DNA of 64,000 bases from positions 1 through 64,000 of the IMG/VR virus record IMGVR_UViG_2721755710_000007; one strand, written 5' to 3'. Positions 44,035 through 54,413 of the stretch are shown here, one piece after another. Each line of letters opens with the position of its first letter. Positions within the stretch are counted from its first letter, which is position 1. The translations under genes and the position numbers were made by a program. This DNA comes from a virus (taxonomy: Duplodnaviria > Heunggongvirae > Uroviricota > Caudoviricetes). A model generated the notes under the pieces. The model was not told the DNA's origin. It saw nothing but the letters and a program-made list of their open reading frames with translations, and did no database searches.

Positions 44035-44279
44035 TGCAATCTGATTTTTTACAGTTAGCGATCGCTTTTGCAGGATATGTTTGTATTGGCTTCTGTGTAT
44101 ACATGATCAGCCGAAAAATGCTTGTCGATATCTACCGCAAAGAACGAGCAGAGGAGATCTTAGTATGGATTTTCTTTGGCGCGGTCTGGCCATTAGGGAT
44201 CATGTTTGCTGCAACATTTCTTCTGATGTGGATATTCACCCTTCCAGGTGATTTCTATAGAAAAAAAGCCAGACATTGA
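44035..44279 (+). CDS. small membrane protein (81 aa from internal Met)
   Basis: Two hydrophobic helices; ORF-track entry 43953-44279 probably over-extended. Confidence 0.4.
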
Positions 44280-44402
44280 TACAATCGTTGCGGGTGCTTG
44301 AGGCTATCTGCTTCAGGCATGACCCGAAAAGCAGATAGAAGAAAGCCCCAGATAACATTACGCGTCCTGCAAGACGCTTAACATTAATCTGAGGCCATAT
44401 CT

Positions 44403-44609
44403 ATGCTTAGCATACGTAGATTAGCCTCTTACCGACCAAAAGGTCAAGGAGAAGCAGGCTATGAAGCAGCAAAAAGCGATGTTAATCGCTCTGATCGTCA
44501 TCTGTCTAACCGTCATTGTGACGGCACTGGTAACGAGGAAAGACCTCTGCGAGGTACGAATCCGAACCGGCCAGACGGAGGTCACTGTCTTCACAGCCTA
44601 CGAATCTGA
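44403..44609 (+). CDS. mok-like overlapping reading frame
   Basis: 68-codon ORF overlapping the hok-like gene in another frame. Confidence 0.4.
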   Translation: MLSIRRLASYRPKGQGEAGYEAAKSDVNRSDRHLSNRHCDGTGNEERPLRGTNPNRPDGGHCLHSLRI

Positions 44610-44616
44610 AAGGTAA
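44461..44616 (+). CDS. hok: Hok/Gef-family membrane toxin (51 aa)
   Basis: MKQQKAMLIALIVICLTVIVTALVTRKDLCEVRIRTGQTEVTVFTAYESER resembles Hok; GC hairpin ggcggggagtgatccccgcc just downstream. Confidence 0.8.
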   Translation: MKQQKAMLIALIVICLTVIVTALVTRKDLCEVRIRTGQTEVTVFTAYESER

Positions 44617-44970
44617 GAGACCTGGCGGGGAGTGATCCCCGCCACTCTTCGTGTGTCTGGTAACCTCAATGCACCCTTTTCTCCCCAATAGTGTAAAACA
44701 CAATGAAGTAGAAGGAGTTATTTCACATCATGCAAAGATTCAGACCATATCTCCCAATAGCCTTCGCGACATGATGACTTTCAGAAATATCTAGCTGTTA
44801 ACAAAATTCCATACTTGCTTTGCTAATACCACCTAGATTATATATGGAAAAATACACCTAAAACTTAAACAAATTATATCCACAACAAACATCCATCTAT
44901 TAGGATTAAAATTAATTTAATAATAAATAATACAACACCGGTTCATTTTCTAACAAACCGGTGGGCACCA

Positions 44971-46041
44971 TTATTGGAATAACTTACTGATTACATTAAA
45001 AACATTAAGGGCGTTACTTGCCACACTAGACATCTTGGCTGAATTTTTTTCGATTGAGTCAAGAACACTTTCGACTTCCGATAAAGTTCTTCTGCTATCT
45101 GCATCTTTTCCTGAGTCTATCGCATCTTTAATTGCAGATATAGCAGACTCTAAATTCTCCTTAAACTCACCTGTCGTCTCATCCTTCAAGAGAAGTTCTA
45201 ACTCTTGTTTAAGTTTTTCCAATGATGCTCTTTTCTCATCAGTTTTACTAATCTTCCCTGAATAACTGACACAAACACATTCTCTTTTATTGCAGACAGG
45301 ACAACCATTTAGATAATAACTTTCAAACGCCTCGCCAAGATCATCATCTTTAAAAATAATCCCCCATAAAGAAAACAACCAAGCATATATATCAGCACAC
45401 TCTTCATGAAGATTTTCTTTGTTGTAATTTTTATCTTCAATTGATTTAGCATAAGCCTCTTGCAACTCACCCAACTCTTCGAATAACCTGGATGAATGAT
45501 AAAACCCACCAAAAGTAGACCAAATGGTTCTATTCGACGGATAGATGTCATTAATCATTCGTGGCGCATAAGGCGGAAATTGCATAGGTTTAATAGCGTT
45601 ATATTTATTGAAAAGCTCATCTTTAATTCCTTTTGCGCTTCTTATTTTCTCTGGCTTTCTGTGTGTTTGAGAACAGGAACAAGGCGCCCCTAAGCAATAA
45701 GGACAGCAACTAGGAAATTTTTTATAAAATGCTTCCTGTGGTTGTATTTCAAGTTTATCACAGATTGCAAAAAGCCAAGACAATGCTTCTATATAGGTAT
45801 TTTTTAATAATTCTTTATCCTGATTACCATCACGAATAAACTCACGTGTTAAATAAGCTGTTTTCCTTGTCAGATAAGAGTACATATACTCAAATGATTT
45901 TTCTTCATTTTTTTTGCTGTAAATACCTACAATAATATTGCTCATATCATTGATACGTAACATGACATTCCTCTTAAATAAGCCAATACTTCCTAGAACC
46001 ATATATGTTTCGACAAAGATTAACGGACATCTTGCCTTCAC
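44971..46041 (-). CDS. hypothetical protein with MazG-like pyrophosphohydrolase motif and two Cys clusters (up to 356 aa)
   Basis: EELGELQEAY...EECADIYAWL (E-x2-E...E-x2-D); CCPYCLGAPCSCS and CPVCNKRECVCV; AT-rich. Confidence 0.4.
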   Translation of the reverse strand: MKARCPLIFVETYMVLGSIGLFKRNVMLRINDMSNIIVGIYSKKNEEKSFEYMYSYLTRKTAYLTREFIRDGNQDKELLKNTYIEALSWLFAICDKLEIQPQEAFYKKFPSCCPYCLGAPCSCSQTHRKPEKIRSAKGIKDELFNKYNAIKPMQFPPYAPRMINDIYPSNRTIWSTFGGFYHSSRLFEELGELQEAYAKSIEDKNYNKENLHEECADIYAWLFSLWGIIFKDDDLGEAFESYYLNGCPVCNKRECVCVSYSGKISKTDEKRASLEKLKQELELLLKDETTGEFKENLESAISAIKDAIDSGKDADSRRTLSEVESVLDSIEKNSAKMSSVASNALNVFNVISKLFQ

Positions 46042-46260
46042 AAACTTTGACGCTACATAAATTTAACCATGTGCATACTAAATATTTAAGGTAGAAAAGT
46101 ATAGGAGTATTTATTAATAGGTAACTGTTAGTTTACACTCACTTCATACCAGAGTATTTACAAGATGTTATTTTACTCTATTCGCTAGGCGGTGGAATGC
46201 GGTTGTATCAAGGGGAGGTAAACCTCCCCCGAAGAAGATTAAAAGTACAAGGGATAACAC

Positions 46261-46770
46261 TTAATCCCACTCAATCCAGTTGTAGACGATACGAAGTGAC
46301 GGGCGCACAGCGGCAGTCACATCTTCGGTACTAAAGTCGATTGCATCACTGTAGATTTTGCAGTCCAACATTTCAATTGTTGTAGCAGCTTTTGTCACAG
46401 CGTTAACCCCGGAAGATTTGGATTCAGGGGTAGCAGCCATCGTGATATCAACATAGTCCTTCGCCGCAATGCGATCTTTAATGAACTGAAGAATATCGCC
46501 TTCGATAGTCTCCACGCACTGGACCTGGATTTCCCCAGAGTTTCGAATTGGACCGTGCTGGTTGAACTTCACACCATTCGGACCATAGTCCTCCACATCC
46601 TCGCGGGTCATTTCAGGAATTTGCGACGTGCGAACCAGTACGCTGATATCTTCATGGCCTGCAAAAGTGAGCTGGAATTCAGAAGATACCAGTCGTTCGC
46701 CTTTGGCCGCGTTGGCAGTATAGCGGCCCTTAATAAATTTACGGTTTCCCTTAGTGTTATTGTGCCCCAT
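46261..46770 (-). CDS. phage structural protein, hypothetical (169 aa)
   Basis: ORF in co-oriented late-gene cluster. Confidence 0.45.
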   Translation of the reverse strand: MGHNNTKGNRKFIKGRYTANAAKGERLVSSEFQLTFAGHEDISVLVRTSQIPEMTREDVEDYGPNGVKFNQHGPIRNSGEIQVQCVETIEGDILQFIKDRIAAKDYVDITMAATPESKSSGVNAVTKAATTIEMLDCKIYSDAIDFSTEDVTAAVRPSLRIVYNWIEWD

Positions 46771-46781
46771 ATAAAATCCTT

Positions 46782-47363
46782 TTACTGGAACGCCCGAACA
46801 ATATCGGAGCTGTTATATATCGAAGAACCGGTCAACTGGAGGTTGACGGTGTTTTTCAGGAAATGCCCATTGCTGTCCCTGGGTGCATCGAGATCGAAAC
46901 TTATGTCCTGGATAGCGACATCAATGATGTTGATCCGGCGACCAATGTTTAGCGTCACACGCTCCGGGATTCGACCACCAATACTGGCATCTTTAAGTTC
47001 CGGGCTAATCATCGCTGACAATGCGGCGATAGCTCCTGAAACCTCCGTGAATGGGTCAAACAAAGCGATGAAAGTTACTGGCAGCGTGAAAGTCGGCGGT
47101 GTTCCCCCCTCCCAAACCATTAAGCTATTCCAACGGGCCACCGACGTTGTTTCAGTACCAACCTGCGCAAAACCACTGAAAGCACCAGCAACAGACCCCA
47201 TGGACATACCGGTAAACGGCGCTTCCCAATTCTGGGCCATGTTCATTGCTGCCCCCTGGCTGATATATCCGGTAACCTGGTACTGAGAGTTCGTTAAAGT
47301 AACTTTCAGAAATGGCGATACACCATCAGCCTGGCTGTAAACCCCATAAGGTATAGGTGCCAT
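46782..47363 (-). CDS. phage structural protein, hypothetical (193 aa)
   Basis: ORF in late-gene cluster. Confidence 0.45.
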   Translation of the reverse strand: MAPIPYGVYSQADGVSPFLKVTLTNSQYQVTGYISQGAAMNMAQNWEAPFTGMSMGSVAGAFSGFAQVGTETTSVARWNSLMVWEGGTPPTFTLPVTFIALFDPFTEVSGAIAALSAMISPELKDASIGGRIPERVTLNIGRRINIIDVAIQDISFDLDAPRDSNGHFLKNTVNLQLTGSSIYNSSDIVRAFQ

Positions 47364-47398
47364 TCAAGTTAAAGGCCGGAGTTCTCCGGCCTCCTCCT

Positions 47399-48214
47399 TT
47401 AGCCAAGGCGCTTACGGCGCAGTTTCATTGACTTTTTGCGGGCAAGTTTTGCCGCGCCGGTCTGGGCTTTTCGACGCGCTTTTTTCAGCGCCGATTTTTG
47501 AGCCGCAGTCAGACGTTTTTTCCGCAGGCGTTTACGGATGAGTTTGATCTCACCGTTACGAACAACCTTCTTAAATGCTTCAGTCAGCATTTCATCAGAA
47601 GTGCCAGCAACAACAAACGCCGCTTCCAGTTCGTCGCGGTCGTCGCTATCTAAACCAGCGATAGAGGCACCAACATCAGCAGCAGCGTCGTCGTCTTCAT
47701 CGTCAGCCAGTGCTTCGATCATGTCATCATCTACACCGCATGCTGCGAGGAAGTCAGCAACATTTGCCCATGCTTCGTTATAGGCATCGTCCTGTTCTTC
47801 TGTAACTTCGGAGTCGTCGTCATCAGAGATACCAGCGATAGCCTGAACGAAACCATCAAGGGAGTCGAAAGTCAGATCACCGCTATCAGCCCAGGCGAAA
47901 ACGGCGTCGGCCGCATCACTCAACGCATTCTGCATCGCACTTCGATTTGCAGCTTCCAGAATCATCTGGTGCGCCTGTTCAACGGTCCATTCTTTACCGT
48001 CTTTCTCTTCCAGGATTTGCTCAGGAGCCGGATCAGATGGAACGTTATCGTTAGTCTGTGCCGCCGGTTCCGGATTATTATTAATAACCGGATCTGTTGG
48101 CGGTTCGGCGCTTGCTCGGGCAGACTCCATCAGCTGCACAGGATCAGAGTTCAAAGCGAAACGGGACAGTCCATTCCCCAAAAATGCCCCGGATTGAAAA
48201 AAGTTTTTGCTCAT
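47399..48214 (-). CDS. acidic phage protein (271 aa)
   Basis: Asp/Glu-rich with basic C-terminal tail. Confidence 0.45.
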   Translation of the reverse strand: MSKNFFQSGAFLGNGLSRFALNSDPVQLMESARASAEPPTDPVINNNPEPAAQTNDNVPSDPAPEQILEEKDGKEWTVEQAHQMILEAANRSAMQNALSDAADAVFAWADSGDLTFDSLDGFVQAIAGISDDDDSEVTEEQDDAYNEAWANVADFLAACGVDDDMIEALADDEDDDAAADVGASIAGLDSDDRDELEAAFVVAGTSDEMLTEAFKKVVRNGEIKLIRKRLRKKRLTAAQKSALKKARRKAQTGAAKLARKKSMKLRRKRLG

Positions 48215-48223
48215 TGTATTCCC

Positions 48224-49813
48224 TTACTTAATAAGCAGCGGTACGCCCTGGATACGACGGGCTACGCCAGTCGGGCAGCAGGCCCAGACTACTTCCCATT
48301 TATCGAATTCCGCCTGCGTAACTTTCAGCACATACGGTTCTGTACCGTCAGCATCAGGATCACGAGGAGCCACCAGAGCGCCGGAGGCGACAAAGCGATC
48401 TAAAAGTTTGGTCATCCCTTTAGTCAGGCCAGCCGCAGTAATACCGTCCGGGCTATGCTTCATCTGTCGGGCTAACTGGACAAAGAAACGGCTGATTGCA
48501 TTCATCAGGGATGGGACGTGCTGGAAGTGCAGATAGTTATCCTGCGTGCAGCAAGTTAAAGCATCGTCGATGATCATCTGGCCAGAGGTGCCAACAGATA
48601 CTTTATTGAGACGGCCCTTGACCATTGCTTCTTCGTCCGGGGTATCTTCCGGATACAGCGGTTGAATTGACGCACGAGCAATGACGGCACGTTCTTCACC
48701 AGCCGGTGAGTAATGCCAACCGCCGACATCAGAGTTTTTCTTGACGCCACGAGCTTTCGCCGCATACGCCGAGCCAGACAGACCGAAGACCACACGGGAT
48801 TGGGTCCATTTGTCTTTGCAGGAGAACGGGAAGTGATAGACAGCACAGCTTACATAATCGGTACCAAGTAAACCGGTATCTTCAACAGCAGAGATCGCTT
48901 CCGTGTACGTCAATGTCGGTTTGACATCAAAGAAGCCATCAATCAGGCGATCTGCACAGATTTTACCTAATGCGGTGATAGCCGCATTGTCATAGCAGCC
49001 CAAGCCAAGAACAGCGGTGTACATGTACGGCGCATTATTCAGCACTTTAACCGCACGCAGGTAAGCAGCGGTTGAGATTTTCGACTGATCGCCATTGGTA
49101 CCGCCAGTGAATGCCACCGATTTTTTATTTGTTACTTTCGCTGTCGAAATCAGCTCTTCATTAACAACCGCACGCAGATATTTAGAACGGGCTTCCAGAG
49201 CCGTAGGCAGATAACACAAGCGGCCCATGTCATCTTTCGCTTCTTCCGCCAAAGACACAGTGTGTGTCTCCAGGGTCGTTACCACACCGAGCGAAGTCGT
49301 CTGGGTCAGTTTTAAGAGGAAGCGTTCATTACCCGCGCTGTCCGCTGTTGCCGTTTCGATGGTTAACTCACGGGTAGGTGAAATACACGGATCACCATCA
49401 TCAACGTAGATAGCAAAGGCTTCGCCGCTATCAAGTTCAATTTCAGAACCGTATGGCAACGCACTGTAAGCCGGTTCGCCTGATTCATCGAACATAATAA
49501 TCGGGAACTTCGCATCATCCGGAACAGCACGGACAACATAACCAGACGTTTGCTGAATAGCTTCGTACACATGGCGAATTGGTTCGAACTGTGAGCCGGA
49601 AGACGGCTTCAGCGGTTCGCCGAGAACATCTTCGTAATTGGACTCAGTAACCGCAAGAACAGTAAACGGCTTGCCACGCGCAAATACGCCAATACCAGCC
49701 CACAAGCTGCTATTTAATGCAACACCGGTAGATAACGTCGCATCGGCATTGATCGGGCTAACCGCGACGCCGGATGCATTACCTAATGACTGTTGAATTG
49801 AATATTGAGACAT
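48224..49813 (-). CDS. contractile tail sheath-like protein (529 aa)
   Basis: Size and position match P1 gene 22 upstream of the capsid-like gene. Confidence 0.55.
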   Translation of the reverse strand: MSQYSIQQSLGNASGVAVSPINADATLSTGVALNSSLWAGIGVFARGKPFTVLAVTESNYEDVLGEPLKPSSGSQFEPIRHVYEAIQQTSGYVVRAVPDDAKFPIIMFDESGEPAYSALPYGSEIELDSGEAFAIYVDDGDPCISPTRELTIETATADSAGNERFLLKLTQTTSLGVVTTLETHTVSLAEEAKDDMGRLCYLPTALEARSKYLRAVVNEELISTAKVTNKKSVAFTGGTNGDQSKISTAAYLRAVKVLNNAPYMYTAVLGLGCYDNAAITALGKICADRLIDGFFDVKPTLTYTEAISAVEDTGLLGTDYVSCAVYHFPFSCKDKWTQSRVVFGLSGSAYAAKARGVKKNSDVGGWHYSPAGEERAVIARASIQPLYPEDTPDEEAMVKGRLNKVSVGTSGQMIIDDALTCCTQDNYLHFQHVPSLMNAISRFFVQLARQMKHSPDGITAAGLTKGMTKLLDRFVASGALVAPRDPDADGTEPYVLKVTQAEFDKWEVVWACCPTGVARRIQGVPLLIK

Positions 49814-49873
49814 AACTTTCCCTGTTATGCGCCCCGCACGGGGGCGCTATGTTAAACGGAGAACTTCCCCTGA

Positions 49874-51601
49874 TTACTCAGAGTCACCGGCATCAATCGT
49901 GTCGCCGCTAATGAAGTTAAGCCCGCCTTTTTTGGCCATTGTCAGCGTTACACGAGTGAAGTAATCAGCGCCGTTGCGTGGGTGCATATCGTTGATAGCC
50001 GAACCCCACAGCGTGGTACGGTTGACCAGCGCCGGAGTGGTCGGATGCTGGAACGGGATGGCCGGGACAGCATCACCAGTCACGAAGCCTGCTTTACCCG
50101 GATTTTCATCACGGACGTAGCACAGCACATCCATCGAGCTGAACTGAATGTTCTCTGTCGTTAAGTTCTTACAAATACCAGCAGGTACTTCGTACACTTT
50201 CACGTTACCGAACAGGGTACCGATGTAGTGAACATACGGAGTCTGGATATAGTCTTCGGCTGGCTGGAAGAAATCCTTCGGCAACTGTTTGAAGAAAGAT
50301 GCTGCATCAGCACCAGCAAACATCCCCATCGCACCAGAAGATTTAACGCGCTCAATAATGTCGCGATATACAGTCTGGAATTTGCCACGAATGATGGTTG
50401 CCCATACATCAAAGGACTGGTTAACCGGCAGAGCGATGTCAAAGGTATCGGTCGCAAGAGTACGCCAGATCATGATGCGGAGACGCAACATATCCTGTTC
50501 ATGGGACAGGTATTCTTTCAGGGTGCGGAACTGTAGGGAACCCAGGTCCAGACCAAATTCACGCTGTGCTTCATACGCCGCCTGTACCGTGTGCTCAGCC
50601 GCGATAACGAACTGGCTTGGGAACAGGGTGTATTTCTTCATTTCGTGGTTGATCAGCGGGATCAGCTCAGGAGCGGCTTCAATATTGATTTCCGTCTCAA
50701 TTGCGATCTCAGTGCCTTTATCCGGCGCTTTGGAGAACGACAGGGCAATCTGACCAATGTTGTAGTTCAGAGAGCAGGTAACAGTGATTTGCTCACCAGC
50801 AGCATTAGTAAACGAGTGAAGTAGGCTGCCGGAACCGTTATCAACAACAGACTTAATACGGTTAACGTAGATGTTAGTACGACCTTTTCGGATTGGTACA
50901 TTCTGGCCTTCGAAGTCTTCCATCTTGAAGGTTGCGGTTTTGCTGGTGCCATCGGAGCTTGCCACCAGCACATAGCGGCGACGTAACTGGCTGTACACAC
51001 CGACGGATTGCATGTCCAGAACATCACCAGCAGCATAAGAACCAAAAGAGGAACCTGCCACGTTAAAGACTTCATAGATGTCGGACTGGTCACGCGTAAC
51101 CGGAATGAAGGTACACGCATCAGCGGTAGCTGCCCCCAACTGAACCGGCAGGATCATCGCGAGGAATAAAGGCAGACGCATAACACCGTCAGAAACGCTC
51201 ATCATCTCTGCTGCGACGGATTCCAGCATCGCTTTATTAGTGGCATCCATGCTATTGCGGGTGGACTCAATCAGGCAGTTTTCCAGCGTCTGGTGGCAGG
51301 AGGCCAGAATTTCCGGACGCGGCATAGATTTATGTGCTGCGGCGTAGTCAGCCAGTGCACTTGCCCACGCTGTAGCGATTTGAGCGGTGGCATTATCAGA
51401 GATACCCGCAAAAACCGGGTCTTTACGTGCAGCTTCAAGGATAGATGCGGCACGCGCGGCATCATCTTTAATGAATTGGTTATCAGTACCGAACTGCGCA
51501 GTGCTTGCCCAGCCAAGCACAGCTTTAGAGCGTTTTGCGATATCTGCAATACGATTCTGGTATTCGCGTAAGTTACTCAATTTACTCTTCCTTAAACACA
51601 A
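49874..51601 (-). CDS. major head protein-like (up to 575 aa)
   Basis: Large ORF immediately before parB, as P1 gene 23. Confidence 0.5.
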   Translation of the reverse strand: MCLRKSKLSNLREYQNRIADIAKRSKAVLGWASTAQFGTDNQFIKDDAARAASILEAARKDPVFAGISDNATAQIATAWASALADYAAAHKSMPRPEILASCHQTLENCLIESTRNSMDATNKAMLESVAAEMMSVSDGVMRLPLFLAMILPVQLGAATADACTFIPVTRDQSDIYEVFNVAGSSFGSYAAGDVLDMQSVGVYSQLRRRYVLVASSDGTSKTATFKMEDFEGQNVPIRKGRTNIYVNRIKSVVDNGSGSLLHSFTNAAGEQITVTCSLNYNIGQIALSFSKAPDKGTEIAIETEINIEAAPELIPLINHEMKKYTLFPSQFVIAAEHTVQAAYEAQREFGLDLGSLQFRTLKEYLSHEQDMLRLRIMIWRTLATDTFDIALPVNQSFDVWATIIRGKFQTVYRDIIERVKSSGAMGMFAGADAASFFKQLPKDFFQPAEDYIQTPYVHYIGTLFGNVKVYEVPAGICKNLTTENIQFSSMDVLCYVRDENPGKAGFVTGDAVPAIPFQHPTTPALVNRTTLWGSAINDMHPRNGADYFTRVTLTMAKKGGLNFISGDTIDAGDSE

Positions 51602-51719
51602 GGCACTTGTGTGAATCCCTTTTCGGAAGAGATTTTATTGAAAGTCACTTGTTGACTTTCTCGCTAAAAGTAATTTTTTAAATTTTTTGTGCGGGGGAGG
51701 GGGGCAAGTAAAACAGGCG

Positions 51720-51800
51720 TGAAACCGTGGGAATTTCAGTCTGAAATTTTTCATGAATATCTATATATATCATATATTTATACATGAAATAGACGCGGGA
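51720..51800. promoter_or_regulatory. candidate partition site parS
   Basis: Inverted ATTTCA heptamer-like boxes (aatttcagtctgaaattt) downstream of parB in AT-rich DNA. Confidence 0.3.
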
Positions 51801-51846
51801 CATTTTAGACAGGGGAGGGGGCTAAAGCCGCCTCCCACCAGCGGGA

Positions 51847-52812
51847 TTATTCCCCAGCAGACATTTTCCCAATGATTTTTTTTATTGCTTCGTCAATTTC
51901 AGTTTGCACTTCAGACGGGAGTCTGGAGAACTCGTAGGCGACAACCCGTTTTTTCGGATCGGACTTCTTTCGGGCATATTGGCGACGGTCAGAGAAGTCT
52001 CGCAGCTTCTCAACCACCACAGATTTAACCGGCGCGGGCTTCAGGCTTTTGCTTTCCGCTTTGAAGATAGCCAGTATCTTCGCTTTATCCTCTTTCGCGC
52101 CCTCAGTCTCTGCAATTCGTTCGCGCACCGTATCAACCAGCTCTTCAATCGGCACGCTTTTAGCGTTAGCATCCTCGGCGATCTGGAGCAGTAACTGGTA
52201 ATCTGGAAGGGCGAGCTCGCTGGCTACGGGGAAGACAGCAATCATCTCATCCGGCACCGCGGCAGCCTGGAAAGCTCGCGTCACTTTAGCCTTTGAGATG
52301 TTCTCAGCTCGGGCGATCTCTTCTTTGGTCATATTCTTACCGTACATAACCTCGAAGCGTTTACCCAGCTCGCGCAGAGTGTGTTCGCGGGCTGTCTGGA
52401 TATCAATGGCCAGCTGGCGGGCATCCGCCAGGCTGATCTCATCTTTCGTCACCAGAATCTCAAATTTCGTTTCATTGAAGATACACGCAGCACGGCGACG
52501 CGATCCGTCCAATACCTCAATGCGCTCCCCAACCATACGACCGATAGCCGGGAAGAACTGTTGCAATTTAATGGTGCGGGAAATATCGCTTACCGACTCA
52601 GGGGTGAGCAGAGACTGATCGCGGCCGTTAACTGCCGGGTCAACGAACGTGCGCGACTCAATCTCACCACTCAGCACGACGGTAAGCAAGAATTTAGCCT
52701 GGCGGCCAGATTTTAGGGTAAAGGTTTTGGTGCCTTCACTGCCTTCAAGCATGCGAGCAAACTCGGAGCTATTCTTGCCCAGCACTCGTCCACGGGAAAC
52801 TATTTTTTTCAT
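51847..52812 (-). CDS. parB: ParB partition protein (321 aa)
   Basis: ParB motifs (ILDGSRRR, KVTRA); overlaps parA stop. Confidence 0.85.
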   Translation of the reverse strand: MKKIVSRGRVLGKNSSEFARMLEGSEGTKTFTLKSGRQAKFLLTVVLSGEIESRTFVDPAVNGRDQSLLTPESVSDISRTIKLQQFFPAIGRMVGERIEVLDGSRRRAACIFNETKFEILVTKDEISLADARQLAIDIQTAREHTLRELGKRFEVMYGKNMTKEEIARAENISKAKVTRAFQAAAVPDEMIAVFPVASELALPDYQLLLQIAEDANAKSVPIEELVDTVRERIAETEGAKEDKAKILAIFKAESKSLKPAPVKSVVVEKLRDFSDRRQYARKKSDPKKRVVAYEFSRLPSEVQTEIDEAIKKIIGKMSAGE

Positions 52813-54020
52813 GCCGCCTCACCCCTAACAAACTCAATTCGATCAAACACAGCCTTAGTGAAACGCTCGGCCTCGGTTCGTGCCTTCTTCAGCGCCTCTG
52901 CACTGCCTGGATACGATTGCGGGTTGGCACTGATTACGGTGTCGAAAGACTCGCCGCATCGCTCAAATCCATCCAGACGAGGCAGAGAAGAGTCCAGAAT
53001 GTTGCTGGCGTAAACCTCACGCGCAAGGCTGTGTGATGTCTCGTGATCGCGCTTGCCGGTCATCTTCGACATAAAACCAATGCTGGCGCTTAAACGCGGT
53101 TCTACGCCTTCCTCCTCCAGTTGCTCCAGCATTTCTGGCAGACGGGTGAGATATTTCAGTGTTGAGTGGAAGTCAACCTGGGCTGGTGGGGTAGGGGTAA
53201 GCAGCAAATCGCTGGCCGCCAGACCGTTGAGCAGGAACGGATCCAGGTGTGGACCGGTATCAATAAAGATAAAGTCATAATCATCCGCAACACGATCAAT
53301 GATATTGCGTCGAAGGATTTCGTACTGATTTTGTCCGGGAAGATGCTCTTCAACCAGCTCTTTCCATTGGCTGGCAACAAAGCCATCGTCGATAGAGGCT
53401 GGAATCACGTCTACGCCAGGAACGATGGTCGGACGAATCACCTCTTTGCGTAGCGTCTCCGCGTCCAGGTCGTTCAGCATCGCCTGCGCGGCGGTTTCCA
53501 GGATGGAACCAATACTGTGAGTATGGTCGAGGAACATTGTGCTGGATGCCTGAGGGTCAAGGTCAATTACCAGAATGCGCAGATCGTGACGCAGTAAATC
53601 CTGATGCACACGCAGAGCGTGCGCCAACGTGACTGTGGAAACCGTTTTGGATACGCCACCCTTCAGGTTTACGACAAAAATAACGTAAGGCGATTTGTGA
53701 ATGTCGCGATATTTTGGGATCTTACGGTGGGCATAGATATCAATGACGTTCTGGATGGTCAGCGCGTACTGTTCAACGTTACCGACCTGTTTCTTGTTGA
53801 ACTGGTACCCATCATCTTCCATCTCTTTGATGGCCTGCTCCACAATGCGGCGGCTCAGCTTCGGCAACTTTGCCACAGCGTTACGAGTGAACGTCTGATA
53901 ATACTCGGTCTGATTGAACTCTTTGCGCTGATCTTCAATATCCTGGCTCATGGCCTTAAGTAATGCGCTTGCACGAAGAGCTATGGTGCCGACACCGCCG
54001 TAATCGCGTTTCATCATCAT
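52809..54020 (-). CDS. parA: ParA partition ATPase (403 aa)
   Basis: Deviant Walker A (NLKGGVSKT) and strong resemblance to P1 ParA. Confidence 0.9.
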   Translation of the reverse strand: MMMKRDYGGVGTIALRASALLKAMSQDIEDQRKEFNQTEYYQTFTRNAVAKLPKLSRRIVEQAIKEMEDDGYQFNKKQVGNVEQYALTIQNVIDIYAHRKIPKYRDIHKSPYVIFVVNLKGGVSKTVSTVTLAHALRVHQDLLRHDLRILVIDLDPQASSTMFLDHTHSIGSILETAAQAMLNDLDAETLRKEVIRPTIVPGVDVIPASIDDGFVASQWKELVEEHLPGQNQYEILRRNIIDRVADDYDFIFIDTGPHLDPFLLNGLAASDLLLTPTPPAQVDFHSTLKYLTRLPEMLEQLEEEGVEPRLSASIGFMSKMTGKRDHETSHSLAREVYASNILDSSLPRLDGFERCGESFDTVISANPQSYPGSAEALKKARTEAERFTKAVFDRIEFVRGEAA

Positions 54021-54129
54021 CTCCTTATCATTTCGTATGAGTGAATTGTACGTTTGATTCTGCTACGTGCAACTTTTTTTGATTCGTGCGTCAATTATTG
54101 CACGTAAAGAAATGGCGATGAGGCTATTA

Positions 54130-54413
54130 GATGTGTGCTGGAGGGATGATGCAGGACCAGAATGTGCGAGAGAGGGAAGTCGCATTGAATTATGTGCTGT
54201 GGAGGGATCGCTGGTATCAAATATGTGTGCTGGAGGGAAAGGCAGAGAATTACATGTGCACTGGAGGGAAAAACGGATGGACAGATGTGTGCTGGAGGGA
54301 AAGTCTGGGCAAACTGCGGGGCGTCCCCCTCCAGCGCACATCAAAAACAGGAAATTGGACAAGCCTTCCCGGCAGCACACATTTTTTTAATGCAGCTTCC
54401 CTCCAGCACACAC
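54130..54413. repeat. incA iteron array (RepA binding sites)
   Basis: About nine copies of GATGTGTGCTGGAGGGAAA-type 19-bp iterons in both orientations. Confidence 0.85.
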
